Assembly (NCBI GenBank): GCA_965203805.1
Contig: OZ241917.1
Location: 2,784,001 to 2,848,000, forward strand
Source of the DNA: Candidatus Latescibacterota bacterium
GTDB lineage: Bacteria; Latescibacterota; UBA2968; GCA-2709665
Length of the DNA: 64,000 bases
Direction of reading: 5' to 3'
The position numbers and the translations under genes were made by a program. This document shows, piece by piece, positions 21,137 to 31,532 of this stretch (its first letter is position 1; the number at the start of each line of letters is the position of its first letter). The notes under the pieces were generated by a model that saw only the letters and a list, made by a program, of their open reading frames with translations, was not told the origin of the DNA and made no database searches.

Positions 21137-21165
21137 TTGACACTTCCCGGGGAAAGATCAATATT
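21137..21165 (+). promoter_or_regulatory. Possible sigma70 promoter
   Basis: TTGACA, 17-bp spacer, AATATT upstream of the gene at 21247. Confidence 0.45.
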
Positions 21166-21246
21166 GGCGGAAATCGGAAACGGTCCTAACGCCGGGCACA
21201 ACGCCACCTATGGGCTCGCATCTTCGGTTTATCGGAGGAGGTTGAC

Positions 21247-23046
21247 ATGTCGCAGGTCAGGGAAGTTGGCATTCCGGTTCGCGCGGTAAACCGGGCGCAG
21301 TTATTCGCAGGGCGAAACAGCGCAGGCGACCCGTGTCTGTATGCGACGATGTCGCAACAGGCGGCGAATCTTTTCGTCCTGCAGATCGATCCGGAAACCG
21401 GTCGGTTGCGTCAATTCTGGCCCGACGTTCCGGATTCGAACTATACCACAGCGGTATACCAGGCCCGAAACGGGCGGCTGTACATCGGGGCCGCGCACTC
21501 GGGGCAACTGTACTGCTTCGACCCCGAGCAGGACGATCTGGTGAATTTCGGCACGATCAATGGAACGGCGGCCATTTTTCCGTGCAGCATCGTCGAGGAT
21601 TCAAAGGGGCTGATCTGGATTTCCAGCTACGGCACGGCGGACCTGACGAGCTTCAATCCCGAAACCGGGGAGTTTACCCGGTACGGACGGCTGGACGAAG
21701 TGGATATGTACGCCTACTGCCACGTGAACACCGACGACACGGTCGCTTCGCTGATCATGCAGACCCGGCCGCACGTGGTGGTCCTGGACCCGAAGACCGG
21801 CGAAAAACGCACGGTCGGGCCGGTGGTTACGCGCGGCGAGGGGTCGCTGAACCTTCACCGCGGGGCTGATGCCAACCTCTATATTGAATCGAGCGAAGGG
21901 AACTATCGCCTCGAGGGCATGAACGCCGTACCGGTGGAAGCAACCGTACCGGCGGAATCCGTCACGCCGAAACTGCCCGACGGCAGCACCTTCCGCTTCG
22001 TGGACGCGGTTGAGCAGACGTGCCGGATTCTTGAAATTACGGATCCCGGGGGCGCGGCGAAGACCTTCAATATCGAATTCGAGGCGGCCGGAACCGATAT
22101 CTTCTGCCTGCACGGCGGGCCCGACGGATGCGTTTACGGATCCAGCGTCCTGCCGGAGCGGCTGTTCCGCTACGACCCGGGCGGGGACGACCTAGCGGAC
22201 CTGGGCATCTGTTCGACCGCTACCGGCGAGGCATATTCGATGGCGAATCTCGACGGGAAGGTATACATCTCCTCGTATCCCGGCGCGAGAATCTCCATTT
22301 ACGATCCGTCGCAGCCGTACCGTTTCGGCGAAACCCGGGGCAGCAATCCGTGGGACATCGGGCGGGTGGACGACATATCGTACCGGCCGCGTACGACGTT
22401 GGCGGGTCCCGGCGGAAAGGTCTGGCTGGCATCGATTCCGGACTACGGAATGTGGGGCGGACCGATCTCATACTACGACCCGCGGACGGAAGAAAAGAAG
22501 GCGTTCTATCGCATCGTGGGAGACGGAAGCTGCTATACGCTGGCGCATCTGGAGGCGGAGTCTCTGATCGCCGTCGGCACAACCATCAGTGCGGGAAGCG
22601 GGACCGAGCCCAGGGTGGACGAGGCCGTGCTTTTCCTCTTCGATTACAATAACGAAGAGAAAGTGTGGGAAGGCACGCCAGACCCGCCGGTACACGTCTT
22701 CAATGCGCTGGCAGCCGTACCGGACGGAAGGCTTTTCGGGACGTTCAGCGGCGATGAGCGGGGACCTGAGTTCTTTGTGTTCGACCCCGCGACGCGGGCG
22801 TTTACGGATCGCTTCGCCGCGCCGGAGGGCGGCCCGGTGGACAACGGGCTGCAGCTGGGGCCGGACGGGATGATCTACGGCCTCACCCACACCCTGATCT
22901 ACCGGCTTGATCCCGGTTCGCTGAAATTTGACGTGATCGTGGAATTGGATGAGAGATTGACCGGCCACGCGGCGGCCGGGCCCATCGTTGGCAGGGATCT
23001 CTATTTCTCTTCCGGGCACCGGCTGATGGCCGCGGAGATATTGTAA
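21247..23046 (+). CDS. Hypothetical beta-propeller protein
   Basis: Repeated blade-like motifs (GRLYIG..GQLYCFDP, GPDGCVYG..LFRYDP, GPDGMIYG); strong RBS GGAGG; no signal peptide. Confidence 0.75.
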   Translation: MSQVREVGIPVRAVNRAQLFAGRNSAGDPCLYATMSQQAANLFVLQIDPETGRLRQFWPDVPDSNYTTAVYQARNGRLYIGAAHSGQLYCFDPEQDDLVNFGTINGTAAIFPCSIVEDSKGLIWISSYGTADLTSFNPETGEFTRYGRLDEVDMYAYCHVNTDDTVASLIMQTRPHVVVLDPKTGEKRTVGPVVTRGEGSLNLHRGADANLYIESSEGNYRLEGMNAVPVEATVPAESVTPKLPDGSTFRFVDAVEQTCRILEITDPGGAAKTFNIEFEAAGTDIFCLHGGPDGCVYGSSVLPERLFRYDPGGDDLADLGICSTATGEAYSMANLDGKVYISSYPGARISIYDPSQPYRFGETRGSNPWDIGRVDDISYRPRTTLAGPGGKVWLASIPDYGMWGGPISYYDPRTEEKKAFYRIVGDGSCYTLAHLEAESLIAVGTTISAGSGTEPRVDEAVLFLFDYNNEEKVWEGTPDPPVHVFNALAAVPDGRLFGTFSGDERGPEFFVFDPATRAFTDRFAAPEGGPVDNGLQLGPDGMIYGLTHTLIYRLDPGSLKFDVIVELDERLTGHAAAGPIVGRDLYFSSGHRLMAAEIL

Positions 23047-23047
23047 A

Positions 23048-24715
23048 ATGGGCAACGTGTGGAAACCCGAGCCTGAAACGAGGGATGTGTTGCTGGATGC
23101 CGTCCCCGGGATTCTCGCGGACCAGCGCGAAGACGGACGGTTCGGCACTGCGCCCTGGATCTGCCGCGACCAGGAAGCGATCTTTCCCCTGGCCGCCGCC
23201 TGGAGCCTCGAGGATAGTCCCTATTATCGCGACGAAAGCGTGCTGGCGGCAATTGTGCGCGGCGGCGACGCGCTGATTGAAGCCCAGGACGACGCGGGGA
23301 TGTGGACCTTTCTGAAAAAAGACGACTCGGAATGGGGACAGATCTACATGCCCTGGACGTACAGCCGGTGGATTCGCGCGTATCAGCTGGTGCGCGAGGG
23401 AATGGAGGGCGGGGCGCGAGCACGGTGGGACGCCGCCCTGACTCTGGGATTCGAGGGGATCTCAAGAACGTGTCTCTCGCACGTTCACAACATTCCGACC
23501 CACCACGCGATGTCCCTCTATTGCGCCGGGATGGTGTTTGAGCGCCAGGATTGGAAGAGGCAGGCGCAGGAATTCATCCACGGGGTCGTGGCGGCGCAGT
23601 CCCCGTTCGGATGGTGGACCGAGAACGTGGGGCCGGTCGTATCCTACAACTACGTGTATTCGGACGCGATGGGCGTTTACTACAGGATGTCCGGGGACAC
23701 GGTGGTGCTCGAAGCGCTCGAACGGGCGGCCCGGTTCCACGCGAACTACACGTATCCGGACGGCAGCGCGGTGGAAACGGTGGATGAGCGAAACGTCTAC
23801 AGCAGCGGGGTACGGCTGGGCAATCCGGGATTCAGCCTCACGGCGGCAGGGAGAGGGTACCTTGCCCGCCAGCATCGACTCTTCCTGGCCGGCGGCGGAT
23901 CGTTCGACGTCGATTACGCCACGAACATGCTGCTCTACGCGGGTGAAGGGGAGATCGAGGAGACGGCGGCCGACCGGGAAACGCATACCTGGTCAATGGA
24001 CGGCGATGCGTTGATCGTCTCGAGCAGGCCCTGGTTCCTGAGTCTGTCGGCCTATTGCTGTCCGTTGAACGAGAACCGGTTCCGGCAGGACCGGCAGAAC
24101 TTCGCAAGCGTCTTTCACGAGGCAACCGGGTTGATCGTGGGCGGCGGGAATACGAAGTTACAGCCGCTGTGGAGTACTTTCACCGTGGGGGATACGTCGT
24201 TGATGCGGCACGCGCCGGGGGATTCAGATCCGGACTTCGGGCCGTTCGAGGGGCTGGCGCATATTCCGGACAAAGCGGAAATCCGCGCGGATGAAGCAGC
24301 GCCGGGCATCGATTTGCACTATGGAGGGGACGTTGGTAAAGTGACGTTCATTCCGCGGGGAGACACGCAATTGCTCCTGATTCTCAAGTCGTCCGATCAT
24401 TCCGGAAGCGGAATGGAAGCGCACGTGACGTTGATCCCGCGTCTGAAGGAGGCGCTGCGGTCGTCGACCGGCGAGCGCGCTGAATTGGAGACGGATGTTG
24501 TGGAATGGACGGGGGCGGACGGCGCCTGGTTCGAGCACGCGGGATGGCGGCTTTCGAACCCCGAGGGCGCACGGCTCGTATGGCCGGCGTTGCCGCACAA
24601 CGCGTACACAAAGGGAGGAGAGGCCGGCGTCGGGCAGGCGCGGTTGGTGCTCGCGCTGCCCTTCAGCGAAGACAGGAGCCGGTACGAACTGAGCATGGAC
24701 ATTCTTCAGGAGTGA
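23048..24715 (+). CDS. Hypothetical protein (helical N-half, beta-rich C-half; lyase/epimerase-like architecture)
   Basis: 555 aa; translationally coupled to upstream gene; HNIPTHH and GWWTENVGPVVSYN motifs. Confidence 0.65.
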   Translation: MGNVWKPEPETRDVLLDAVPGILADQREDGRFGTAPWICRDQEAIFPLAAAWSLEDSPYYRDESVLAAIVRGGDALIEAQDDAGMWTFLKKDDSEWGQIYMPWTYSRWIRAYQLVREGMEGGARARWDAALTLGFEGISRTCLSHVHNIPTHHAMSLYCAGMVFERQDWKRQAQEFIHGVVAAQSPFGWWTENVGPVVSYNYVYSDAMGVYYRMSGDTVVLEALERAARFHANYTYPDGSAVETVDERNVYSSGVRLGNPGFSLTAAGRGYLARQHRLFLAGGGSFDVDYATNMLLYAGEGEIEETAADRETHTWSMDGDALIVSSRPWFLSLSAYCCPLNENRFRQDRQNFASVFHEATGLIVGGGNTKLQPLWSTFTVGDTSLMRHAPGDSDPDFGPFEGLAHIPDKAEIRADEAAPGIDLHYGGDVGKVTFIPRGDTQLLLILKSSDHSGSGMEAHVTLIPRLKEALRSSTGERAELETDVVEWTGADGAWFEHAGWRLSNPEGARLVWPALPHNAYTKGGEAGVGQARLVLALPFSEDRSRYELSMDILQE

Positions 24716-24811
24716 GGATCGAGCATACGCATGGCGCCAACACCAGCCGACCCGGCATGAGGGATGCAGGCCGCAGTTTCGGCTGTATGCCGGATCCGAT
24801 TGGAGGGTACC

Positions 24812-25225
24812 GTGGGAGATAAAATCCGGAAGACCGACGAGGAATGGCGGCAGATGCTCACGCCGGAACAGTACCACGTAACGAGAAGAAGCGGAACGGA
24901 ACGGGCGTTTACGGGCCGGTATCACGACTTCAAGGGGACGGGGATCTACCTTTGTGTGTGCTGCGGAAACGAACTCTTCCGTTCGGACACCAAGTATGAT
25001 TCCTGTACGGGCTGGCCCAGCTTCTGGGCGCCGACGGATAACGCAAACGTGGAAACCGAAACAGATTCGTCCTACGGCATGGTGCGGACGGAGGTGAAGT
25101 GCAGCCGGTGCGACGCCCATCTCGGACATGTGTTCGACGACGGGCCCCAACCCACGGGACTGCGGTACTGCATGAATTCCGCGGCGCTGGACTTTTCGGA
25201 GAAAGATTCGGACGAAGGAGTTTGA
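24812..25225 (+). CDS. msrB: Peptide-methionine (R)-S-oxide reductase
   Basis: [12 protein letters not shown] and CSRC zinc ligands, [21 protein letters not shown]. Confidence 0.97.
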   Translation: MGDKIRKTDEEWRQMLTPEQYHVTRRSGTERAFTGRYHDFKGTGIYLCVCCGNELFRSDTKYDSCTGWPSFWAPTDNANVETETDSSYGMVRTEVKCSRCDAHLGHVFDDGPQPTGLRYCMNSAALDFSEKDSDEGV

Positions 25226-25310
25226 AGAATTTTCCGCAAAGCCCGGCCATGCATGGCCGTCACACCTTGAATGACAGTCCGAAGACGCCCCGATCACTGA
25301 GGAGACATCG

Positions 25311-25772
25311 ATGAGTTTGAATTTCGCCACAACTGAAATCGAGTCGCAGCCCATTGTTGGCATCCGCGCCACAACCTCGATGGAGGAGATCGCCCAGGTC
25401 ATCGGCGCCCTTTTCGGCGAGATCATGGAATACCTCACCCGGAACGGTCTTGCGCCGGCGGGGATGCCCTTTACCATTTACCACGAGATGGACCACGAAA
25501 CGTTGGAAATGGAATGCGGGATGCCGGTGGCTTCGACCGTAGAGGGCACCGGGCGCGTTCGGCCGGGCGAACTGCCCGCGGGAAAGGTCGCGACCGTTAC
25601 CCATATGGGGCCATACGAACAATTGGGGCAGACGTGGTCGGCTCTGAAGGAGTGGATGGACGAAGCGGGTCTGGAGGCGGCGGGCGCGCCGTGGGAGGTC
25701 TATATGACGGACCCGGGCGAGGAGCCCGACCCGTCGAAATGGCGCACCGACATCTTTTTCCCCGTGCATTGA
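25311..25772 (+). CDS. GyrI-like small-molecule-binding domain protein
   Basis: LPAGKVATVTHMGPYEQL, WEVYMTDP..WRTDIFFP. Confidence 0.9.
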   Translation: MSLNFATTEIESQPIVGIRATTSMEEIAQVIGALFGEIMEYLTRNGLAPAGMPFTIYHEMDHETLEMECGMPVASTVEGTGRVRPGELPAGKVATVTHMGPYEQLGQTWSALKEWMDEAGLEAAGAPWEVYMTDPGEEPDPSKWRTDIFFPVH

Positions 25773-25881
25773 GCGGAAGCGGGTAACACAAGTCCAGTGG
25801 AATCCGGATGGGCCGTTTGCGGACAGGCATCGGCCTTCGTTTACGTAATCGGGATATCAATGGCGGCTGAAGGAGCAGAGG

Positions 25882-26694
25882 ATGAAATATCGATTTGCCG
25901 AGATGATCTGGTATGAAATCAAGGAGGCCGCGGAGCAGGACCGGGTCGCGGTTCTGCCGGTGGCGACATACGAGGATCACGGCCCTCATCTTCCGGTGGA
26001 TACCGACGTTGTTCTCTGTACCGGAATCTGCGAACGGGCCGTGTCGCGGATCCCGTCCGAGGCCGTTCTGGCGCCGGCGGTCCCGCACGGGTACAGCCCG
26101 CACCATATGGATTTTCACGGGACGCTCACGATCACGTGGGATACCTTCATCCGATACGTCAAGGACGTCTGCTGCAGCCTCGCCCACCACGGCTTCAAGC
26201 GGATCCTGGTCGTGAACGGCCACGGAAGCAATACGTCCCCGCTGGATCTGGCGGCCCGGCTGTCGGTCATCGAATACGAGGGCAGAATCCTGTGCGGCTC
26301 GGTGAATCATTGGGGACTCCGGAAAGTGAAGGAAGTCGGTCGCGAGTTGAGGGAATCGGACTACGGCGGGACCTCTCACGGAGGAGAGTTCGAGACGTCC
26401 CTGTACCTCGCATTGAAGCCGGACCTGGTGGATATGAGCAAAGCGGTTGACGAGCGGTCGCCCCTCTCGAACAGTTTCCAGTCCGACCTGCTGGCAGGCG
26501 GCCATCCGGATGGGTCCAGCGCGAATTTTACGCCGTACTGGAGCACGAAAACGGCCAGCGGCGTGATGGGCGACGCGACAAAGGCCAGTCGCGAGAAGGG
26601 GGAGAAGTTCCTGGAGGCGGCCACTGAGGGCCTGATCGAACTGGTTCGGGAACTCCGGGCGACGGAGATCATGGACCGGCGCGACCAGCATTGA
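25882..26694 (+). CDS. Creatininase family amidohydrolase
   Basis: EDHGPHLPVDTD, NGHGSN, HGGEFETS, GVMGD. Confidence 0.95.
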   Translation: MKYRFAEMIWYEIKEAAEQDRVAVLPVATYEDHGPHLPVDTDVVLCTGICERAVSRIPSEAVLAPAVPHGYSPHHMDFHGTLTITWDTFIRYVKDVCCSLAHHGFKRILVVNGHGSNTSPLDLAARLSVIEYEGRILCGSVNHWGLRKVKEVGRELRESDYGGTSHGGEFETSLYLALKPDLVDMSKAVDERSPLSNSFQSDLLAGGHPDGSSANFTPYWSTKTASGVMGDATKASREKGEKFLEAATEGLIELVRELRATEIMDRRDQH

Positions 26695-26703
26695 GGGAAA
26701 CGC

Positions 26704-27705
26704 GTGAAGACGAATGTATTCACCAGCGGACGGAATGGGTACCACACGTACCGGATTCCGGCGCTGCTTGCTGCGCCCGGGGGATCGCTGCTGGCCTTTT
26801 GCGAAGGGCGGCGCAACGATCGGTCTGACCACGGAGATATCGACCTCCTGGTGAAGCGTTCGGAAGACAGGGGGCGTTCCTGGTCGGCACAGGCAGTCGT
26901 CTATTGTGAAGCGGGAGAAGTGACCATTGGCAATCCCTGTCCCGTGGCTGACGCGGAGACGGGCGCGATTTCGATGTTGTTCTGCAGAGACAATGTCGAT
27001 GTGCTGGTCACGCGTAGCACTGACGACGGGAGGACGTGGTCCGATCCCATCGACATCACGAAGGATGTGAAAGAGGAAGCGTGGGCCTGGTACGCGACCG
27101 GGCCGGGGGTGGGCATCCAGCTCAGGAGGGGCGCGCGGAAAGGGCGACTGCTGATTCCCTGCGACCACAGGAACCCGGAAGCGTACGACTGCGGTTCCCA
27201 TTCGGTTTACAGCGACGACGGCGGGGCGTCCTGGCGGCTCGGTGGTACGGTCCGGCCGGGGGCCAACGAGTGCCAGTTCGGCGAACTCGCGGACGGGACG
27301 GTCGTCCTGAACACCCGGATGCAGACGCACAGCGAAGGGTACCGCGGAACCGCGTTCAGCCGGGACGGCGGCGAGTCCTGGACCGGGTTCCAACATGACC
27401 GCAACCTGCCCTGTCCCAAATGCCAGGCCAGCATGGTCGAAGGCGAAGCCAAAAACAGCCTGCTGTTTTCGAATCCCGCTGCGCCGGGGCCCGCAAGACC
27501 GGATGGGGGAGCGCGAGTGAACATGACCATCCGATCGAGTAACGACGGCGGCAAAACCTGGTCCTCGGGTAAACTGTTGCACGAAGGCCCGGCGGCGTAT
27601 TCCTGCCTTGCGTTGCTTTCGGACGGCTCGGCCGGCTGCCTGTACGAAGCAGGATCGGTATCGCCGTACGAGCACATTGTTTTCGAGCGTTTCAGGTTGG
27701 AATGA
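26704..27705 (+). CDS. Sialidase (GH33-like, Asp-box beta-propeller)
   Basis: YRIP motif; five Asp-boxes (SEDRGRSW, STDDGRTW, SDDGGASW, SRDGGESW, SNDGGKTW); AAYS and LYE; no signal peptide. Confidence 0.92.
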   Translation: MKTNVFTSGRNGYHTYRIPALLAAPGGSLLAFCEGRRNDRSDHGDIDLLVKRSEDRGRSWSAQAVVYCEAGEVTIGNPCPVADAETGAISMLFCRDNVDVLVTRSTDDGRTWSDPIDITKDVKEEAWAWYATGPGVGIQLRRGARKGRLLIPCDHRNPEAYDCGSHSVYSDDGGASWRLGGTVRPGANECQFGELADGTVVLNTRMQTHSEGYRGTAFSRDGGESWTGFQHDRNLPCPKCQASMVEGEAKNSLLFSNPAAPGPARPDGGARVNMTIRSSNDGGKTWSSGKLLHEGPAAYSCLALLSDGSAGCLYEAGSVSPYEHIVFERFRLE

Positions 27706-27714
27706 GAAACCCCC

Positions 27715-29040
27715 ATGGATGAGCCAACGGCTGAAAGCAGGCCGACATCGGAGGAACGTTACCGTGCGGGGAGCCCGCGCTCCGGGGCGGCCTTCGAGCA
27801 GGCCAGGTCGGTGATGCCCGGCGGGGTGAAAGGCGCGTACTATTACGCGCCGTATCCGCTGACCGTCGAGCGCGGCGAGGGGTGTTTCGTTTACGACCTG
27901 GACGGCCGCAAGCTGGTGGACTTCAACAACCACCATACAGCGCAGATTCTGGGCCACGGTCATCCGGCGGTGGTGACCGCCGTGCAGGAACAGGTTTCCA
28001 GAGGCATCGCATTGAGCGCGCCCGCGGGAGTGGAGACGGCGCTGGCCGAAGCCATTTGCGGGCGCGTGAAGTCCGTGGACAAGATCCGGTTCTGCAATTC
28101 CGGCACCGAAGCGACCCTGCACGCCATTCGCCTGGCGCGGGGCGTCAGCGGCCGCACGAAGATTGCCAAGTTCGAGGGCGGGTACCACGGCAGCCACGAC
28201 GTGGTGGAGGTGAGCGTGGCGCCGCCGCTGGACCGGGCGGGTCCCGCGTCGGCGCCGCATTCGGTTTCCACGGCCGGAGGGGCGTCACCCCACGCGGCCG
28301 GTGAAGTGCTCGTCCTGCCGTATAACGACGAAAACGCCGTCGAGAGATTGCTCGCCCGCTATCGACGCGAACTGGCCTGCGTGATCTTCGACCCCCGGGC
28401 CGGGATTTTGTCTCAACGCGCGGAGTTTGCGCGGTTCGTCTGCGAGATGGCGCGCCGGAACAACGTGCTGGTGATATTCGACGAGATCGTGGGATTTCGG
28501 GTCGGTACCGGTGGTCTGCAGGACCTCTATGGCATCGCGCCGGACCTGACGACGTTCGGAAAGGTCATCGGCGGCGGATTTCCGGTAGGCGCCTTCGGAG
28601 GCCGAGCCGACCTGATGGACCGCTTCGATTCGTCCCAGGGGCCGACCGGTTTCTTTCAAAGCGGCACGTTCAGCGGGCATCCCGTTGCCATGGCCGCGGG
28701 ACTGGCGACCCTGAAGCAGCTGACGCCGGATGTGTTCTCGCATCTGAACCGGTTGGGAGAACGGCTCAGGCAGGGGTTGAGTCGCCTGTTTTCCGTGAGA
28801 AACGTGGATGCGGCTGCGGTCGGCGTCGGCTCGCTGTTCAGCATACACTTTTCGTGCGACGAAATGCTGAACTACCGCCACCTGGCCGGAACGGACAAGG
28901 CGGCGGCGCACAACCTGCTGCTCGGTCTGATCGAAGAGGGGTATTACCTGGGGAACGGCCTGGTGATGTGCGCCGTCTCCGCCCCGATGGACGAAGGCCA
29001 CGTGGACGGGTTGATCGAGGCCGTGGGCAGGGTCGTGTAA
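27715..29040 (+). CDS. Class III aminotransferase, glutamate-1-semialdehyde aminomutase-like
   Basis: NSGTEAT, GGYHG, FDEIVGFR, TFGKVIGGGFPVGAFGG, SGTFSG. Confidence 0.9.
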   Translation: MDEPTAESRPTSEERYRAGSPRSGAAFEQARSVMPGGVKGAYYYAPYPLTVERGEGCFVYDLDGRKLVDFNNHHTAQILGHGHPAVVTAVQEQVSRGIALSAPAGVETALAEAICGRVKSVDKIRFCNSGTEATLHAIRLARGVSGRTKIAKFEGGYHGSHDVVEVSVAPPLDRAGPASAPHSVSTAGGASPHAAGEVLVLPYNDENAVERLLARYRRELACVIFDPRAGILSQRAEFARFVCEMARRNNVLVIFDEIVGFRVGTGGLQDLYGIAPDLTTFGKVIGGGFPVGAFGGRADLMDRFDSSQGPTGFFQSGTFSGHPVAMAAGLATLKQLTPDVFSHLNRLGERLRQGLSRLFSVRNVDAAAVGVGSLFSIHFSCDEMLNYRHLAGTDKAAAHNLLLGLIEEGYYLGNGLVMCAVSAPMDEGHVDGLIEAVGRVV

Positions 29041-29085
29041 TTCCAGGGACGAATGCGCGAGAAATTGAAACCGGAGGAACGTCTC

Positions 29086-29853
29086 ATGCGATACATCGAC
29101 ACGCACGCCCATCTCGGGCCATGGTTCGACGACATTACGACGTTTACGGCCGAGGGATTCGTGGCGCTGCAGGAGCGCGCGGGCATCGAACGGACCGTGG
29201 TCACGTCCGGTTCCGCGCTGTTTACAGAGCTGACATACGGGAACGAATGGACCATAGAGCAGGCCGAGAAGCTGGAACATCTGCTCGTCTGGCTGGTTCT
29301 GAACCCGTTGAAGATGGTCGAGTCGCTGGAGTTGCTGGAGCGGTTCAAGGACCATGCCAAGGTCGCGGGCATCAAGATCCATCCGGTGCAGCACAAGTAT
29401 CCTGCCGACATCAAGCCTACCTTCCGGCTATTCGAAGAGTTGGAGCCGCTCGGCCTTCCCGTGCTTTCCCATGGTGAGAACGAGTCCTATGCGGCCCCTG
29501 CGCGGTTGCGGCGGCTGGCCGAAGCATTCCCGTCCCTGACATTGATAACGGCGCATTTCGGCGCCGGGCAGCCGGGCCAGACCTACGAAGCGATCGACGC
29601 GCTGCAGGATTGCAGAACGGGCAACCTCTACACGGACATGGGTACTGCCCGGGCGATTCGGACCGGCATCATCGGGCTGGTTGTGCGCGAGGTGGGCGCC
29701 GACAGGGTACTGTTCGGAACGGATTCGCCTCTGTACGAGCCGATGGCGTTTCCCACCCTGCTGGCCGCGGCGGATATTACGGAACAGGAAAGAGAGCAGA
29801 TCGCCTACAAGAATGCGGAACGGCTCGTGCTGGCGCCTAAGAAGTTGTTTTAA
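29086..29853 (+). CDS. Amidohydrolase family protein
   Basis: IDTHAH metal motif, GIKIHP, AHFG, LFGTDSP; RBS GGAGG. Confidence 0.92.
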   Translation: MRYIDTHAHLGPWFDDITTFTAEGFVALQERAGIERTVVTSGSALFTELTYGNEWTIEQAEKLEHLLVWLVLNPLKMVESLELLERFKDHAKVAGIKIHPVQHKYPADIKPTFRLFEELEPLGLPVLSHGENESYAAPARLRRLAEAFPSLTLITAHFGAGQPGQTYEAIDALQDCRTGNLYTDMGTARAIRTGIIGLVVREVGADRVLFGTDSPLYEPMAFPTLLAAADITEQEREQIAYKNAERLVLAPKKLF

Positions 29854-29873
29854 AATTACCGGTGAGTTCCCGA

Positions 29874-29996
29874 GCACGAGCGAAAAAGTGGCGGTCAAGG
29901 CGGGAAAATCCGCCTAAGAGAGGCGAGCAAGCGCAGCCTCGACCTTTCGATACGGGTGGGTTTGACCAACGCCGACCGGCGCTTTTGCAGCCGTGC
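29874..29996. repeat. Imperfect terminal inverted repeat element (MITE-like), about 120 bp
   Basis: Left arm gcacgagcgaaaaagtggcggtc; reverse complement of right arm gcacggctgcaaaagcgccggtc; intergenic. Confidence 0.35.
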
Positions 29997-30087
29997 GAAG
30001 ACCGCTGGGAATTTTAAGACAGCTTCTAAGGGACTGTCGTAGACGTTGTCGATGATATTGAGGCCATGGGTCCGGAGGAATGATTAG

Positions 30088-31440
30088 ATGAAACTGGACG
30101 GTCGCCGGCGGAGGCTGCTCGAGCGGACATTTCTGGATTATCAGCAGACGTCGGCCTTCATGGAGCATCCGTTCATCGTAAAAAAGGCGCACGGACTTCA
30201 CTATTGGGATATGGAGGGCAAACGTTATTTCGACGGGATCGGCGGCATCTTTGTAGCTTCGCTCGGACACGGCCATCCGCGGGTGCTGGAGGCGATGCGA
30301 AGGCAGGCGGAGACGCTCGGATTCTCGCCGCCCATGCACGGGCTTTCGGACGTCGCGCTGGATTTCGTCGAGAAGCTGAGCGAGGTAACGCCGGAGAATC
30401 TGAATTTCATCAAGTCCTACAGCGGCGGGTCAGAAGCGGTCGAATCCGCGCTGAAATTCACGCGGCAGTACTTCAAGCAGAGCGGGAACCCCGGCAAGTA
30501 CAAGTTCGTCAGCCGATACTTCGGGTATCACGGCGCGACGTTCGGCGCAATGGCGGCCAGCGGGACGGGAAAACGCAAGACGCCGTTCGAGCCCCAGCCG
30601 GGCGGCTTTCTGAAGGTGTTTCCGCCCACGTATTACCGCGACCGGTTTGCTTCGTGGGAGGAATGCAACCGGTTCTGCGCGAATATGTTCGAAGATGTGA
30701 TCGTCAATGAGGATCCGGACACGGTCGCGGGTGTCATCCTGGAACCGATCGGCAATACCGGGGGGATCATTACCCCGACCGAAGAGTACTTTCAGATCGT
30801 CCGTGACGTCTGCGATCGACACAACGTGGTGTTGATCTACGATGAAATCATCACGGGCTTCGGCAAAACCGGGTCGATGTTCGCAGCACAGACATTCGGG
30901 GTTACTCCCGATATCATCTGCGCGGGCAAGGGGGTCTCGAGCGGGGCGTACCCCGTTGGCGCGATGATGGCGCGGGAAGATATGGGAGACGTCTTTCTCG
31001 GGCCGGTGGAGGCGGACGTCAACTTCGCGCACGGGCATACGTTCGCGGCCAATCCCGTCGCCTGCGCCGTGGGTATGGCCGTGATCGACGAAATCGTGGA
31101 GCAGCAACTGGATCGAAAAGCCGGGGTTCTCGGCCGATATCTCGCATCGAAGCTGGAAGGGTTGAAGGACCTGGGCGTGGTTCGGGAGGTGCGCGGCCGG
31201 GGGCTGTTGCAGGGCGTGGAACTGGTGAGGGATACGAAGTCGATGGCGCCGTTCCCTGAACTGGGCGGGGCGTTGAAGCGGACCTCGCTGGAGAACGGGT
31301 TGCTGATTCGAATCGACCCCACCTGGTTTGCCGTGAGCCCGGCGCTGATCGTACAGCGGGAGGACATCGACGAACTGTACGACCTCGTACGCAAGAGCCT
31401 GGTCGACGCGCTGGAGCGGGTGGCGCAGGATAGTCGCTGA
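30088..31440 (+). CDS. Class III aminotransferase (omega-amino acid / BioA-like)
   Basis: SGGSEAVE, GYHGAT, LEPI, YDEIITGFGKTG, AGKGVSSG, HGHTFAANP. Confidence 0.93.
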   Translation: MKLDGRRRRLLERTFLDYQQTSAFMEHPFIVKKAHGLHYWDMEGKRYFDGIGGIFVASLGHGHPRVLEAMRRQAETLGFSPPMHGLSDVALDFVEKLSEVTPENLNFIKSYSGGSEAVESALKFTRQYFKQSGNPGKYKFVSRYFGYHGATFGAMAASGTGKRKTPFEPQPGGFLKVFPPTYYRDRFASWEECNRFCANMFEDVIVNEDPDTVAGVILEPIGNTGGIITPTEEYFQIVRDVCDRHNVVLIYDEIITGFGKTGSMFAAQTFGVTPDIICAGKGVSSGAYPVGAMMAREDMGDVFLGPVEADVNFAHGHTFAANPVACAVGMAVIDEIVEQQLDRKAGVLGRYLASKLEGLKDLGVVREVRGRGLLQGVELVRDTKSMAPFPELGGALKRTSLENGLLIRIDPTWFAVSPALIVQREDIDELYDLVRKSLVDALERVAQDSR

Positions 31441-31532
31441 TCGATGGGCATCCGATCATTGCCCGTTTTGAGGACCGTCAGCGCGAAGTTTACGCAAAAA
31501 CCGGAAGTAAGGACCTTCGAAGGGAGGCGTAG

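Noticed and set aside
27715-29040. hemL
   Set aside because: GSA-aminomutase-like but divergent, and in a catabolic context without hem genes; symbol withheld
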